From the NCBI GenBank assembly GCA_024679065.1, contig JAGIQG010000009.1:72354001-72418000 (forward strand): 64,000 nucleotides of DNA. The letters run 5' to 3'. Positions 35,610 to 48,165 of the stretch are shown here, in pieces. This DNA is from Sphyrna mokarran (lineage: Eukaryota). The position numbers and the translations under genes are program-made. Each line of letters begins with the position of its first letter. The stretch's first letter is position 1. Below the pieces are notes generated by a model. The model was not told the origin of the DNA and searched no databases. It worked only from the letters and a program-made list of their open reading frames with translations.

Positions 35610-36818
35610 GTAATGGGATTTCAACTGCCCCAATATTAACTGGGATAGGCAAAGTGTGAAAGGCTTAGAAGGGGCAGAATTCTTAAATTATATCCAGGAG
35701 AGTTTTTGAGCCAACGCATAGAAAAGTCTTAAGCGAGGGGGCAGTACTGGACCTAATTTTACAGAATGAAGCTGAGCAGGTGTCAGAGATCTGTCAGAGT
35801 GTCTTTGGGAGCATTTTGGCAATAGTGATCATAACTTTATGTAAGAGTGAATTAATAGTTTTATTAAAAAGGGCAATAGATCTAACACCCTTCTGTCAGA
35901 GTAAAATCACTTGTGAGATCATCTTATCAAAAGAATTCAGCAGCAAGGTTGTTTGCTTTGATTCTATCTATTCATGCTGAACCAATATTTGTTGCCTATC
36001 CCTAATAATCCTGAATGGTTCTCTAAGCCATTTCAGAGGGCATTTAAGAGACAACCATATTGCTATGGATCTGGAGTCCCTTCTAAGCCTTTCACACTTT
36101 GCCTATCCCAATTAATATTGGGCCAGACCAGGTAAGGATGGCAGATTTCCTTCCCTAAAGGACATTAATGAAGCAGATGTATTTTTACAACAATGAGCAA
36201 TGGTTTCATGGTCACCATTAGACTTCTAATTCCATACTTTAATTGAATACAAATTTCAACATCTGCCATGATGGGATTCAAACTTAGATCTCCAGAGAAT
36301 TACCCTGGGTCTCTGGATTACTAGTCGAGTGACAACATTACTATGTCATTGCATTCCCATGTTAGAAAAGTAGACAGTTCCTAACTAGATTACAAACAAC
36401 CTTTTGAGTGAAAGATTAATAATAAACCTACATAGACAGCACTGCGATATTAAAACGAAGTTCTGTTTACTGAATAACTGGAAAAGTAATCTGCACCTGG
36501 GACTTAGAGAAATTACAATATCCTCTCTGCGATTGCAATGTTTGAGTTGTGAGAGCTGTTTCAGAGGAGGGTGCTTCCCCAGAGGTTTCTTTGAGGTAGT
36601 TGAATCAAGGATAAACCACTCCTGTGGTTAGCTGGAAGATGTCCACCACAACACTTGGTAAGATATAAGGTATTTATGAAAAAGGATAAAGATGGACTGG
36701 AATTAAAGATTCTGAATTGGGGGAAGGCCGATTTTAATATAAACAGACAAGATCTGGACTGGACCAGCAGCTTGTAGAAAATCCACATCAGAGCAGTGAG
36801 AGGCATTCAACAAACAAC
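35610..36818 (+). mobile_element. old CR1 endonuclease-domain fragments (35610-35870 and 36660-36818)
   Basis: GDFN.PNINW...FL..IQE...AVLDLI; continues at 38657. Confidence 0.7.
35985..36357 (-). mobile_element. MetaSINE (SlmI-like) tRNA-derived SINE
   Basis: Antisense of ...TTCATTAATGTCCTTTAGGGAAGGAAATCTGCCATCCTTACCTGGTCTGGCC core; same family as 49933-50262. Confidence 0.8.
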
Positions 36819-36899
36819 GTCCACTTTGAGGTTTGTCATTTGAAGCAGCTGAGGTGAGTCACAAGTTCTAATCAAGATCTCCTGACTTGGAAACTTGCA

Positions 36900-37260
36900 C
36901 CGCAATGCTATAATTTGAAGGTGGTAGGGAGAATTGATAAGGCTGTTTCTAAAAAAAACAGTAGGATCCTTGATTTATTAACCAAGGAATGGAGCACAGA
37001 AGCAAGGACCTTTTTTTAAATCTTTATAAATCACCAGGGTTGGGCCTCAATAGGAATACTATACCCAATTATGGGCACCACCCTTCAGAGAAGATTTGTT
37101 ATAGTGTCAGGGATGAAGGACTTCAGTTACGTGGAGTGAGTTGCTCTCTTTTGGGCAGAATAGATTAGATGGTTTTTGTTTGTGTAAAGAGGGAGAATGG
37201 TTCCAATTGCAGGAAGATTGGTAACCAGTACATGAAGATTTCAGCTCACTGGCATAAGAA
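36900..37260 (+). mobile_element. very old CR1 fragment
   Basis: Decayed ...FI...MEHRSK...NLYKS.V.PQ.EY..QLWAP. Confidence 0.55.
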
Positions 37261-37296
37261 TTGTTTTTAAGTGATAGGTCATGGCTTCAAAAAGAT

Positions 37297-37655
37297 ACAT
37301 GTAGTCAAAGCTTTTCATCTTGCACTTATCCAGATTCACAGGAATACCAATCTCAAGGGAACAACAATTTATACTGCATGAAAACAGTATGCTGATTGGT
37401 TGGCAAGTGGATTCTGTTTGGATGCGTTGCCATGGTGAAGCATTTTTTTCAGCTCCACAAAAGCCTGGGGGACAACTATTCTCTGGTTCATTCCCCAGGG
37501 CAATGCCTTAACCAGTCTGAGCCAACAGCCTGGTTTGAGTTGAAACAAAAACTTGACTGTTCCTTGGCTCATTCCCCAATGAGGGGCAAAAGTCCCACTC
37601 GGCATGTCTTGGTCCCTCCCATGGTGCTTTATGGCTGGCGCTATATATGGAGCTA
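37297..37655 (-). mobile_element. Penelope-like pLTR (third family), decayed
   Basis: Antisense CTGGATAAGTGCAAGATGAAAAGCTTTGAC resembles a degenerate PLE hammerhead motif; family call from recall. Confidence 0.45.
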
Positions 37656-37999
37656 GCACAATGTCTGGTCTTAGTCTGTCCAGGTTCTGCCTAGAATCTC
37701 CTGGAATTTCTGAACACACTGTGTGCAATCCTGGAAAAAAAAATCACTGAGACATTAAAAAATGATTTTCTTTGAACTGTTTACAGATAAAAATATTGAA
37801 AATGAGAAGAAAGGGCAATGTGGCTTTGGTCATTCTTCATCCAATTGGGTAATGAGTCTTTTTGCTTTCCAATTGGTGTAGTCAGAAGGTGATATGTCAC
37901 AAGGGTGAATGTGTTGGCTGACTAATGGCGGGAGTATTGGGGCGAGTCATGTGATCATGTAAATGAGGCTGGAAATGTGTTTGAGGCGGTTTAGATAAA

Positions 38000-38168
38000 G
38001 TTTTTGAGATTGATACCTGGAATGAATGGGTTGACTTTTGAGAAAAGATTGGAAAGATTGGGTTTGTTTCCATTAAAATTTAGAAGAATGAGGGGTGACT
38101 TGATTGAAGTCTATAACATCCTGAATGGCCTTGACAAACTGGACATCATTGAAAGGATGTTTCATCTT
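38000..38168 (+). mobile_element. old CR1 ORF2 fragment
   Basis: RLIPGMNGLTFEKRLERLGLFPLKFRRMRGDLIEVYNIL. Confidence 0.85.
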
Positions 38169-38169
38169 T

Positions 38170-38656
38170 ATGATATTGATGTATTTGTTTTTATCCTACA
38201 GGTACTTTAGTCCGCCTTGTTGTCTAACAAGGGGCATACATGCGATGGGTCGTGAGAGGTCTGCTCTTGGATTTTTTTTTCAAGAGTATCCTAGTGTTTC
38301 ACATCGTTAGTGTACGCTTGACCTGGACCATTTGATGGGCAACACAACAGCTTAGTGACTATCGCTGTGCTGTGCAGATACATGGATTTGGGCCTGTGTC
38401 TGTGGGAGTTTGCGCACTTCCCGTGCTTGCATGGATTTTCTCTGGGTGCTCCGTTTCTTCCCACATCCCAAAGATGTGCTCTTAGGCTAATTGGCAGAAC
38501 AAATTCTCCCTAAATTGTCTCAAATTTAGTTTCAATCCATGGATCTATAAACATAGACAGGGATCACGGGTAGAAGTGGGAACATCGAGGTGGCAGTGCG
38601 GGCTTGTTGGGCCGAAGGGCCTGTTTCCCGTGCTGTTTTGTTCTTTGTTCTTTGTT
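38170..38656 (+). mobile_element. chimeric CR1/HE1 3' UTR (copy 2)
   Basis: Collinear with the reverse complement of 23582-24078; (TCTTTGT)n tail. Confidence 0.85.
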
Positions 38657-40535
38657 AAACAACAGAAAGAGTACAGGGCCAGCGTGTTCCCATAAAGGTA
38701 AAGGGTAGTTCAAAACATCCAAAGAACCCTGGATTTCAAAGGATGTACAGGATTGGATAAGGAGAAAAGAAGGCTTGTGACAGACACTGAGAACTGAAAA
38801 CAGTAGGTGCACTAGAATAGTATAACAAGTGGAGATGGGTATTAAAAAATAAATTAGGAGAGTGAAGAGGAATAAACACAGATAGGCATGATAAAGGAAA
38901 ATATTAGTATATTAAGGTACAAGGGAAAGCATAAGATTTATTGAAAACTAAAGTTCAATGTAAATATAGAAGAGAAGTGCACTGGGTATAATTGAACAGA
39001 TTATCGTCAAAGAGAAGAGGTATTAGAAGTTTTAGTGGGCATAAAAATGGATAAACTCCCAGACCCAGGTGAAATGTATTCTAGGCTACTTGAGGTAAGG
39101 GAGGAGATTGCCAGGGTTTTGATGCTCATGGTCAAATTCTCTCTAGCTACAGGAAAGATGCCAGGGGATTAGAGGATAACTAACATGACTCCATTATTCA
39201 AGAATGGAAGTAGCAAAAAACCAGGCTACTACAGGCCAATAAGCTTAATATCAGTGGTACAAAAACTATTGAAACAATTTCTGAGGTACAGAATTAATCT
39301 CCACTTGGGGAGGACAAGGATTAATCAAAGCTAGTCAGCATGGCTTTGTCAGGGGGAGATCACACCTAACAAATTTGATTGAATTTTTTGAGGAGCCAAT
39401 TAGCTGTATAGATGGGCATAGAGCAGTTGATGTATTCTATGTCCATTTCCATAAATCTTTGACAAGGTCCCTCATGGAAGACTAATCAATCTTCCAAATT
39501 GTCAGGACAGTTTGACAAATCAGATCTAAAATTGGCTCAGTGGCAAGATGCAGGGGACAATGGTCAAAGGTTGTTTTTGTGATTGGAAGCCTATGTCCAG
39601 AACTGTACCACAGGGGTCAGTGCTGGATTCCTTTCTGTTTGTAGTATACAATAATGGTCTAGATGTAAATGTGGGAGGTATGATCAGTAAGTTTGCTGAT
39701 GATTCGAAATTGGTTGTTTGGTAAGTAATGAGGAGAAAAGCCTTAGATTACAAAACAAAATAGATTGGCTGGTCAGATGGGCAAATGGTCCAGTGGCAAA
39801 TGGAATTTAACTCTGAAAAATGTGAGCTGATGCATTTTGGGAGGACTAACAATGAACAGCAGAATGCTAGGAAGTACAGAGGGCCCTTTAGGTGCATGTC
39901 CAAAGATCCATGAATGCAGCAGAACTGATAAATAAGGTGGTTATAAAAGGATTTATGATTCTTGCATTTATTTGCTGAAGAATTGATTATAGAAGCAGGG
40001 AGATTATAATGAAACTACATAAAACACTTGTTAAGCCACATCTAGAGTACTGTGTGCAGTCCTGGTTGGCACACTATAGGATGGATGTGATTACACTAGA
40101 AAGGGTACAGAAGATCAGGATGATGCCTGGACTGGAGCATTTCAGCTATGAAAGTGTCTTTGGCTAGGCTGCGGTTGTTTTCCTTGGAGCAGACAAATCT
40201 GAGGTTTCAGGTCAACATTATGACAGATACAGACAGGGTAGATAAGAAATTTTTCCCCTGAGAAGAGGAGTTAATAACTTGGGGACATGGACTTACAATA
40301 AGGGGCAGAAGACATAGAGGGGAAATGGAGGAAAATCTTTTCCATCCAGAGGATGGGGCGAATCTGGAACTCACTGTCTGATGGGGTGGTGAAGGCAGGA
40401 ACCCTCAGAAGATTTAGGAAGTATTTAGATAAGCACTTGGATCAGGTGTTGAAAAATGGAATACCATAGATTGGTGTTTGATGACTGGCACAGTGGGCTG
40501 AAGGACCACTTGCTGTGTTGTAGAAATCTATGGCA
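38657..40535 (+). mobile_element. old CR1 LINE ORF2 (about 1.9 kb, decayed)
   Basis: Decayed YRPISL, QHGFV, FDKVPH, VPQGSVL and FADD (about 39692-39703) motifs plus 3' tail. Confidence 0.9.
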
Positions 40536-41079
40536 TATGTCTGTATGGAAAAATTTTCTTACAAAGGTGACAAACTATTAAAGGTTCTGAGGACTTCGGA
40601 AAAAGCCTCTTTCAAAAATTGTCATTAAATTCGGCTTGCTGGAGAATCTCACAGAACTCTCCATTCATGTCAGAATTTTCAATACAGAAGGCTCAACCTT
40701 GGCATTCATTTAGCAGCTGAGGTATTTCAGTCTGAACTACAAGTACTTGAAGGCATGCTGAATATCAGCAATGACATTCCACAAAGTGAATTTCAGACAC
40801 ACCTGTATGCATGCCTATAATGTCTTAGGGTATATAATCTCACCTTCTACAAACACAAGTGCCTCATAATTGAAAATATAACCAAATTCTTTAGTCATTT
40901 ATTCAGCTGCTGGGTTATTTTAAATCAAAATACTTGCTCCATGGGTAAAATGTATACACTCACAAACAGATCTCATAGACTACTTTGGGGAAATATCCTT
41001 GAAAGTGTCAGAGATCATATGGAATTGACCATGTGGTAGAGCACAAATCAATCAGGATTTATCATTTTTTAAAAAAGAT

Positions 41080-41412
41080 TTTATTTCTTCGTGGGCTGTG
41101 CCAGCATTTATTGCCTATCGTTAATTGTCCTTCAGCTGAGTTGCTTTTTTTAAGAGCCAACAACATTGCTGTGGATCTGGAGTCACATGTAGACCAGACT
41201 AGGCAAGGATAGCAGATTTTTTTTCCCAGATGGACATTAATGAACCAGATGGGTTTTCACAGCAATGGTTTCATGGTCATTGTTTGTCTTTTAATTCTGG
41301 ATTTAATATTGAATTCAAATTTCACCATCTGCCATGCTGGGTTTCAACACTGTGTCGCCAGAGGGTTGCCCTGAATCTGTGGAATACCAGTCCAATGACA
41401 ATACCACTATGC
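41080..41412 (-). mobile_element. MetaSINE (SlmI-like)
   Basis: CTGGAGTCACATGTAG...GGACATTAATGAACCAGATGG antisense core. Confidence 0.8.
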
Positions 41413-41524
41413 ATTGTTAAGCAATCGCAAATGTCAAATCTTTGCAACCCTCTCAAGATAAGTGAATAATATCCAGGAAGATGGATTTAAGTTAGTGGTG
41501 ATTTTGTAAAAAGTAAAAAGTAAA

Positions 41525-41870
41525 AAGCTTGTTGTCAATGACGTCTACAGTAGATTCCCATCCATAAAAGTGATTATACCCACCTCATACCAAAGCATGA
41601 CCAGATTTTTGTTTTATCTGGAGTTCCTCATATGGCGAGAAGTGATAATGAGTTCCCATTCAACAACCGTGATGAGTTCAATAAATTTGCAAACAATCTA
41701 GGTTTCACTCATTGAAAGGTCGCAACCTATTGCCCAAGACCTGATGGCATTGTTGAGAGAATTGTGCATACCTTGATAAAAGTGATACATACAGCCACAA
41801 CTGAGAGCAGATTATGGAAGCAAGAGTTTGTGATTTCAGACACGTATTTGTGCACATGGACAACCCCAAG
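41525..41870 (+). mobile_element. Gypsy integrase core fragment
   Basis: LVVNDVYSRFP...GVPHMARSDNEFPFN...EFNKFANNLGFTH...PDGIVER...WKQE is a decayed DD35E region. Confidence 0.75.
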
Positions 41871-42477
41871 AAGATAATGATCAAACTGATTGAAGGCAGA
41901 AGGACTGAATGAAGACAAATACAGACTGAAGTGTGAAATTTAGAGCTGCACTGTGAGAACCAGGTGATGCTGGAAGATGGTATTAGAATAGGCAGCTAGT
42001 TTATTTTTCAGACACAAAGGACTGAATGATCCCTTTTTGAGCTATAACTTATCTATGCTTCTATAAAATGTGATTGACATGTTGGAAAGCAAACAAGCTC
42101 CAATGATATCGAGCCACTTTATCTTGTTGGTTATCGAACCAACCAAATATTTTATCTCATTGTATATGACTGAGTGCATGGATAACTTAAGAAAAAGGTT
42201 AAAACACATCACATTTTCAAGTTTTCCATTATGTTTAATTGTGTTTGCTTTAGGACATAAGCTTTGGCTCTCAATTACAAAGAACAGGAGAGAAGTAGTA
42301 TATACAAAATTACATTGTGCATTTTGTCTACTTTCAACTACCATACACATGTACCAGTGGAGAGAAACTATACAGAGAATAAAGGAGTCCATATTTTAAC
42401 ACCATGAGTAGCAGATCTGCTTCTTACTGAATTTTACTGTTCCTTCCCAAAAACTTCACAATGCTGCTTTTAAATAT

Positions 42478-42680
42478 GTATGATTCTGAGAGAGCTTGAC
42501 AACATAGATGGTGAGAGGATGGCTTTGTTCATGAGTAAATCTGGAAACTGGGAGCACAGTTTGAAATTAAAGGACCTATCATTTAATATAGAAATGAGGA
42601 ACAATTTCTATACTCAGAGGGTGGTTGGTCTTTGGAATTCTTCTCTTGAGAGCAGTGAAGACTGGGTCATTGAACATATA
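42478..42680 (+). mobile_element. CR1 3' fragment
   Basis: MRNNFYTQRVVGLWNS. Confidence 0.8.
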
Positions 42681-42959
42681 CCAGTGGGCCACGGTACACT
42701 GGTCTGCCATGAAAATTTCCCAAGTGTGCCACAGAAAAAGGTCCAAAATTCATACAATTAAACCAAAAACTAACTTTTGTCTTCAGCTCCGTGGTTGGCA
42801 TATCCAAGACCTGATGAATCGTGGGCCTCCTGCGTATGCATCGGCTGGGAAAGAGCCATACATGCCTGATTTAAACTCTTTATGCTAGGCAGACCCATAA
42901 CTTAAGTTTAATTTTACTTATTAGTTTCACAAGTAGGCTTGCATTAACATTGCAATGAA

Positions 42960-43870
42960 GGGGGTAATTCTCCCATCATGACCCACAACTTCTCTGGCAG
43001 GTTGTACTTGGAGATGTGCATCGCTGACCTTCTTCCAGAATTTGTGCTGGCGTCAGCAACACATGCTCATCTCCCAGAGCAGGAGAACAGTCGGAGACCA
43101 GATCACACTGGAAACTGGTGGTAAGACTGGTAAGTTATTTGAATTTTTTAAAATGTATTTAATTGTGTTTTACATTTCATTATCGGGAACTTGTCAGTCC
43201 TGATTGGATCTCCCACCCTGCCAGGAGTACTTAATTCCGGCAGGATTTACACCAACTCCCCATGTTCGGGGAACTAGCAGGAGATCCTGTCGGAATGAAA
43301 GGGGGGGTAATTCGGACTCCCCTCGGGGAGTGGGGGGGGGGGGGGGGGGGAGCGAGGTTGGGTGACAGGAGATGGTGCCCACTGAACATGAACACTCTGA
43401 CAGTGTCAGCCTGTGCTCCTGGCATAAACACAGTGAGAAATCTCACAACATCAGGTCCTGGTGCTCTGAGACTTCTTACTGTGTTTACCCCAGTCCAACA
43501 CAGGCATCTCTACATCATGACTCCCTTGCATTGCTCGAGGGACAAAGTGCCCATGACTGGGGGGGGTACCTTGACACTGCCTGAGGGGTTGGAGCCTATT
43601 GTGGACAGGGCCTAGGGGTGATCGGTAGAATGTAGGATGCCACTCTACATGGCGATTGGTCTAGGATGGAGAGAGGGCAGCAATTTTAGTGGGCTGGGAG
43701 GAAAGATGTGTGGACTGCTGGGGTGGGGGGGGAGTGCCTGTTTCCTGGTAGGAGGTGGGAGGGAAGTCTGACCTCAGGGGGGAGTTAGTGGGGGGCAGTG
43801 GGGTCTGCTGGGGTGAGGTGGTGTAGGGAAATCATCATTGCCAGAAGGAGGGTTTTTAATGAGATTCAGG
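42960..43870. mobile_element. GC-rich composite MITE/Harbinger-like region with a G-run at 43326-43350
   Basis: GGGGGTAATTCTCCC and GGGGGGTAATTC TIR-like starts; ends not resolved. Confidence 0.4.
43425..43519. mobile_element. Penelope terminal fold-back micro-insertion
   Basis: TAAACACAGTGAGAAATCTCACAACATCAGG / CCTGGTGCTCTGAGACTTCTTACTGTGTTTA. Confidence 0.8.
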
Positions 43871-45614
43871 ACTGGGACCTCTGCAGTGCACAGAGTGCAG
43901 AGATTTGGATGAGAAGCTGAACTGAGGGAAGAGTCAGGATTTAGAACACTTTTCCCGTAGTTCAGCACTTTTGGAAGAACTGTGGCCAAAGTTTCTACTA
44001 AAGTAAGAAGACAGAGAAAATAAGTATGTCTCAAAATTTTTTATTGCATAGAGGTGTACCATGGCACATAAAAGTTTGAGAAACAATGAACAAAAAGATA
44101 GGCAGGAAAATAAAGCTAAGGCCACAATCAGATCAGTCATGTTGTTATTGAACGGTGCCAAATGGCCAACTCTTGTTCCTATTTCCTATGATCTTAGTCA
44201 ACAGTCCTCAATTGCCATTGTGTTCTCATCTTACCTTCAATAGTGAGAGTCAAGAAGCCCAGGAAAATGAGAAGTATGTTGAAATATAGCTCAAATTGTG
44301 CAACTGCCATATGTTAACAGGCAACACACCTCCCCCGAGTGACAACTTAACATGCTCAAGTTGAATACAGAAATCAGCAGGTTGGAACTAGCTTCCTGAC
44401 ACACTCCTACTTTTGCTAGCTTTAACCTCCTGCATATACACTTAAACTCATGTGGGCCATGTTTCAATGCGCCCCCCCCATAGTATCAGGAACATAAAAG
44501 GTTGCAAAAAGTTTGACAAAATGCAGCAAGGAAGAAGATTGCATTCACCTCTGAGCAGAAACAGGGCTACAAAATAATATGAGCATATTAAACTGGAGAA
44601 GGATAAAAATTGAAGTGCTGAAGCATCTGAGCCCAAAGGATAGTTCATTGAAGATTGATGCAGATAAAAACAACTGGATCTTTTATAATATACAATTGCC
44701 TCAGGCACTGTGGGCAACAAAGGTTGAAAGTAGAGTTTGTGATGTCTGTATGCAATTTGTAAGAATACATGCACACAAACTCTTACTAATGAAAGGACAA
44801 TGTTGCCTCACTGACAAAGTGTTTTAAAACGTACTGCAACTCAGGGTGAATGTCTCATGTGAAGATATACATTTAATTCAAGTGTGTGTGGCTCAAGAGG
44901 GGACCCAGAGCAATATACGTCAGAATCAAAATATTTGTGACAGATGTCTGAATTTGGCGAAAACTGCAGCTGATGATTAAAGATTGCACATGAAAGGTTA
45001 AGAAATATTAGTCCAATGATGATTTTTTTTTGTATGTGTATAGACTTAATTAAAGCCTTAGTTCTTAGTTAAGAGTGGGGGAAGCAGAAAGACCTCAGTG
45101 AGAAAAAGGAGTTTATTCACTACAAAATGAAACAGTCTAAGCCAAGATGTGCAAAATTTCAAATTGCTCTTGAACACATGCAATAGATCTAGATCCTAGA
45201 TCAGACAAGTGGCTGTAACATGACCGATACCTTTTCAAATCACTTTTCAAATTAAATCTATTGTGCGTGGCCACTAATTTGCATTTATATAGAGCCTTCA
45301 AGACTGTACAACACCAAGGTGCTTCACAAGAGTGCTCTCAAACAAAATCACACATTCAGTGGAACGTATGAGGTAAAGGACTTGAAGCATCATGGGGAGA
45401 CAGCATGCAAATGTCATATCATTGAGGTGGATGAATGCACAAGGGTCAAACTTCATCACATAAACACTGGCAAGGGAAATCAGACATATTGTGAGTACAG
45501 TTAGTATTATTGTTCCATAATGAAAGATATCCCACAACAGTGAATGGATATGAAGAATGAACAGGATGTGGTCCAGAATGAAAAGAAGAAACGCTGGAAA
45601 TACTCAGTGATTCA

Positions 45615-45946
45615 GGGGGCGGCATGGCACAATGGTTAGCACTATTGTCTCACAGCACTTGGGTATGGTTCCAAGCTAGGAACTGTCAGTGACTGTCAGT
45701 GTGGTGTTTCTACATTCTCCCCATATTTGCAAGGGTTTCCTCCAGGTGCCTCAGTTCCCTTCCACAGTCGGAACGATGTGCGGGTTAGATGAATTGGCCA
45801 TGTAAATTGCCCCTGAGTGTCAAGGGGATTAACAGGATAAATGCATGGGGTTATAGGGATTAGGCCTGAATGGGATTGTGCTCAGTACTGACTCAATGGG
45901 CCGAATGGCTTCCTCTGCACTGTAGGGATTCTATGATTCTATGATT
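45615..45946 (+). mobile_element. HE1 SINE, full length
   Basis: GGGCGGCATGGCACAATGGTTAGCAC head, V-core, ATTCTATG tail; TGATTCAGG duplicated at both ends. Confidence 0.9.
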
Positions 45947-47496
45947 CAGGCAGCATCTGCAGGGAGGGAAACAAGGTTTCAGTTCCATAATCTTTCATCA
46001 GCAGTTTTGTATTACAGTATGGGATGGGCAGGATGACACGCTCTGGAAATAGCAAGTCTCACTGTCAATCATATAATATATTCTCAAATGCAGCCTTTCG
46101 ATCAACACAATTGAACTCCACAGGCAATAAATTCCATTCCATCTCTGGCCCTTAGTGTGCTCCCAAGCTCCCAATCCCCCACCTATGTGATATTCCCAGC
46201 TCTTTAGAAATTGATGCTAAGCATCAGAGCTTAATCCTCAAAACTTCATGCTGACTCTGAACTCGAGAGATAGGCAATAGATGCTGGCCCAGCCAGGGAC
46301 ATGAACATTCCATAAATGAATTAAAATGAAGGTGCTCCTTTGGATTAAATACTTTATAAAGTATACTGCATTGTAAAGTATGCCATTCTCTTTCGAGCAT
46401 TAAGTAGTCTTCAGTAATGATCAGTGACACTAACCTAAGCATTAGGAATCTTGAACAAATAGAAGGAATTCAGAAATCAAAGCTCTTGTCCATGATGTTT
46501 GCAAGTCTAATTTGGTAACATAGTTCATAAAAGTGTTAATAATAAAAGTGACAAACCCTCACTATTTCATCACTGCCAGAACATATTATTGATGTTGAGG
46601 GAATAAAACGCAATGAAATCTCACGCAATTTGTGCTTTTTTTAAAATTATAGAATAGCAAAAACTTATTCTGGAGAAGTTTCCGTGAGGAAAGAAGTCAA
46701 AGCTAAACAGCACCATATGTCCCAATCTTGTAACCATGAGTGCCTCATGAGAGATGATGATACCAGAAGGGAGTTAGAGACAGTAGGAAGTCATTACAGG
46801 TTGAGAAACAGGCTAAAAATGAAAAAGGGCAAGTGTTTGGGACAAGAAAATTTCGCAATTACAGCTTAATGCTCCAGTGTTCCTCAAACCAGCAAAGTTG
46901 ATTCAGGTTTCTTGGGTCCTGCTTTGAAAAGGAGATTTCTGCAAAAGGAAACCATGTCTTCACGGACATTGGCTTCAAGTCCAGCACCAGGAACAGTACT
47001 ATAACAGAGCAAGGCTCTATCACTTATTACCCATGAACTCCTAGTTCCTTTGAATGGAACAATGCTATAAATTGCACATCCAATTCAAAGGCAAGAAATC
47101 ACTGACATTTGGCAGGGCGGGGAGGGGGGGGGTGGTCATGGGGGGGGCGGTGAGAAACGTTTAAGAGAAGCAAAGAAAAATGGGATGAGAAGAGAGAACA
47201 TAAAAAGAAATCAAAAGTCTTCAACGGCACACGAATAGTGAAATGAGATTTAAGCATGTAGGCAGGGGTCATGGCTAAAGGAGCACTTGGTAACTGCTTT
47301 CACCAAAGAGGAAGATGCTACTAATCTCTTGGCAGAAATGGAGATAATTGGATCAGCTGTAAATTGATAAAGAGGAGATGTTAGACAGGTTAACTCAAAG
47401 TTGATAAGTCACCAGAACCAGATCAGATACATCTGAGAACATTGAGGGAAATTCTGGAGGCCCTGACCACAATCTTCCAGTCCCTCCTTAGATATA

Positions 47497-47606
47497 GGGC
47501 GGGATTTTTCCAGCCATGCTCACCCCAAAACCAGAAAATCCCATCTGAGAAAAACAGACCTTTCCATGGTCTGCCCCTTGCCAGCTACGATTTCCGTGGT
47601 GGGAAG
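47497..47606. mobile_element. MITE (GGGCGGGATTTTTCC TIR)
   Basis: Related to 20040-20166 and 12627-12737. Confidence 0.55.
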
Positions 47607-47842
47607 AGACAAGTTCTCTGACACTGGTAGCACAAATGGATAATGTGGTCAAGAGGTATATGGCATGCTTGCCTTCATCAATCAGGACATAGAGAATAAA
47701 AGTTGACAAGTTATTTGCAGCTATATAGAACTTTACTAAAGCCACATTTGGAATGTTGCATGTAGTTCTGGTCACCACACTATCAGAAGGCTTTGGAGAA
47801 GATACAGAAAAGGTTTACCAGGTTTGGAGGATAGTAGCTCAA

Positions 47843-48165
47843 ATCGTAGAATCCCTACAGTGCAGAAGGAGCCATTCAGCTCATTGAACCTGCACCAACT
47901 ATGATCCCATTCAGGGTTTATCCCTGTAATCCTATGTATTTCCCTGCTAATCTCCATGACATCCAGGGGAAATTGAGCAGGGCTAATTAACCTAATCCAC
48001 AACATTTTTGGACTGTGGGAGGTAACTGGAGTACCCAGAGGAAATCCACATAGACACAGAGAGAATGTGCAAACTCCACACAGACAGTTACCCAAGGCTG
48101 GAATTGAACTTGAGTCCTTGGCGCTATGAGGCAGTAGTATTAACCGTTCTGCCACCATACCACTG
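47843..48165 (-). mobile_element. HE1 SINE
   Basis: Collinear with 11351-11669. Confidence 0.9.

Noticed and set aside
44641-44670. TTCATTGAAGATTGATGCAGATA resembling the terminus of the 14-kb palindrome
   Set aside because: Needs a 12-bp gap and the similarity does not extend; compatible with chance
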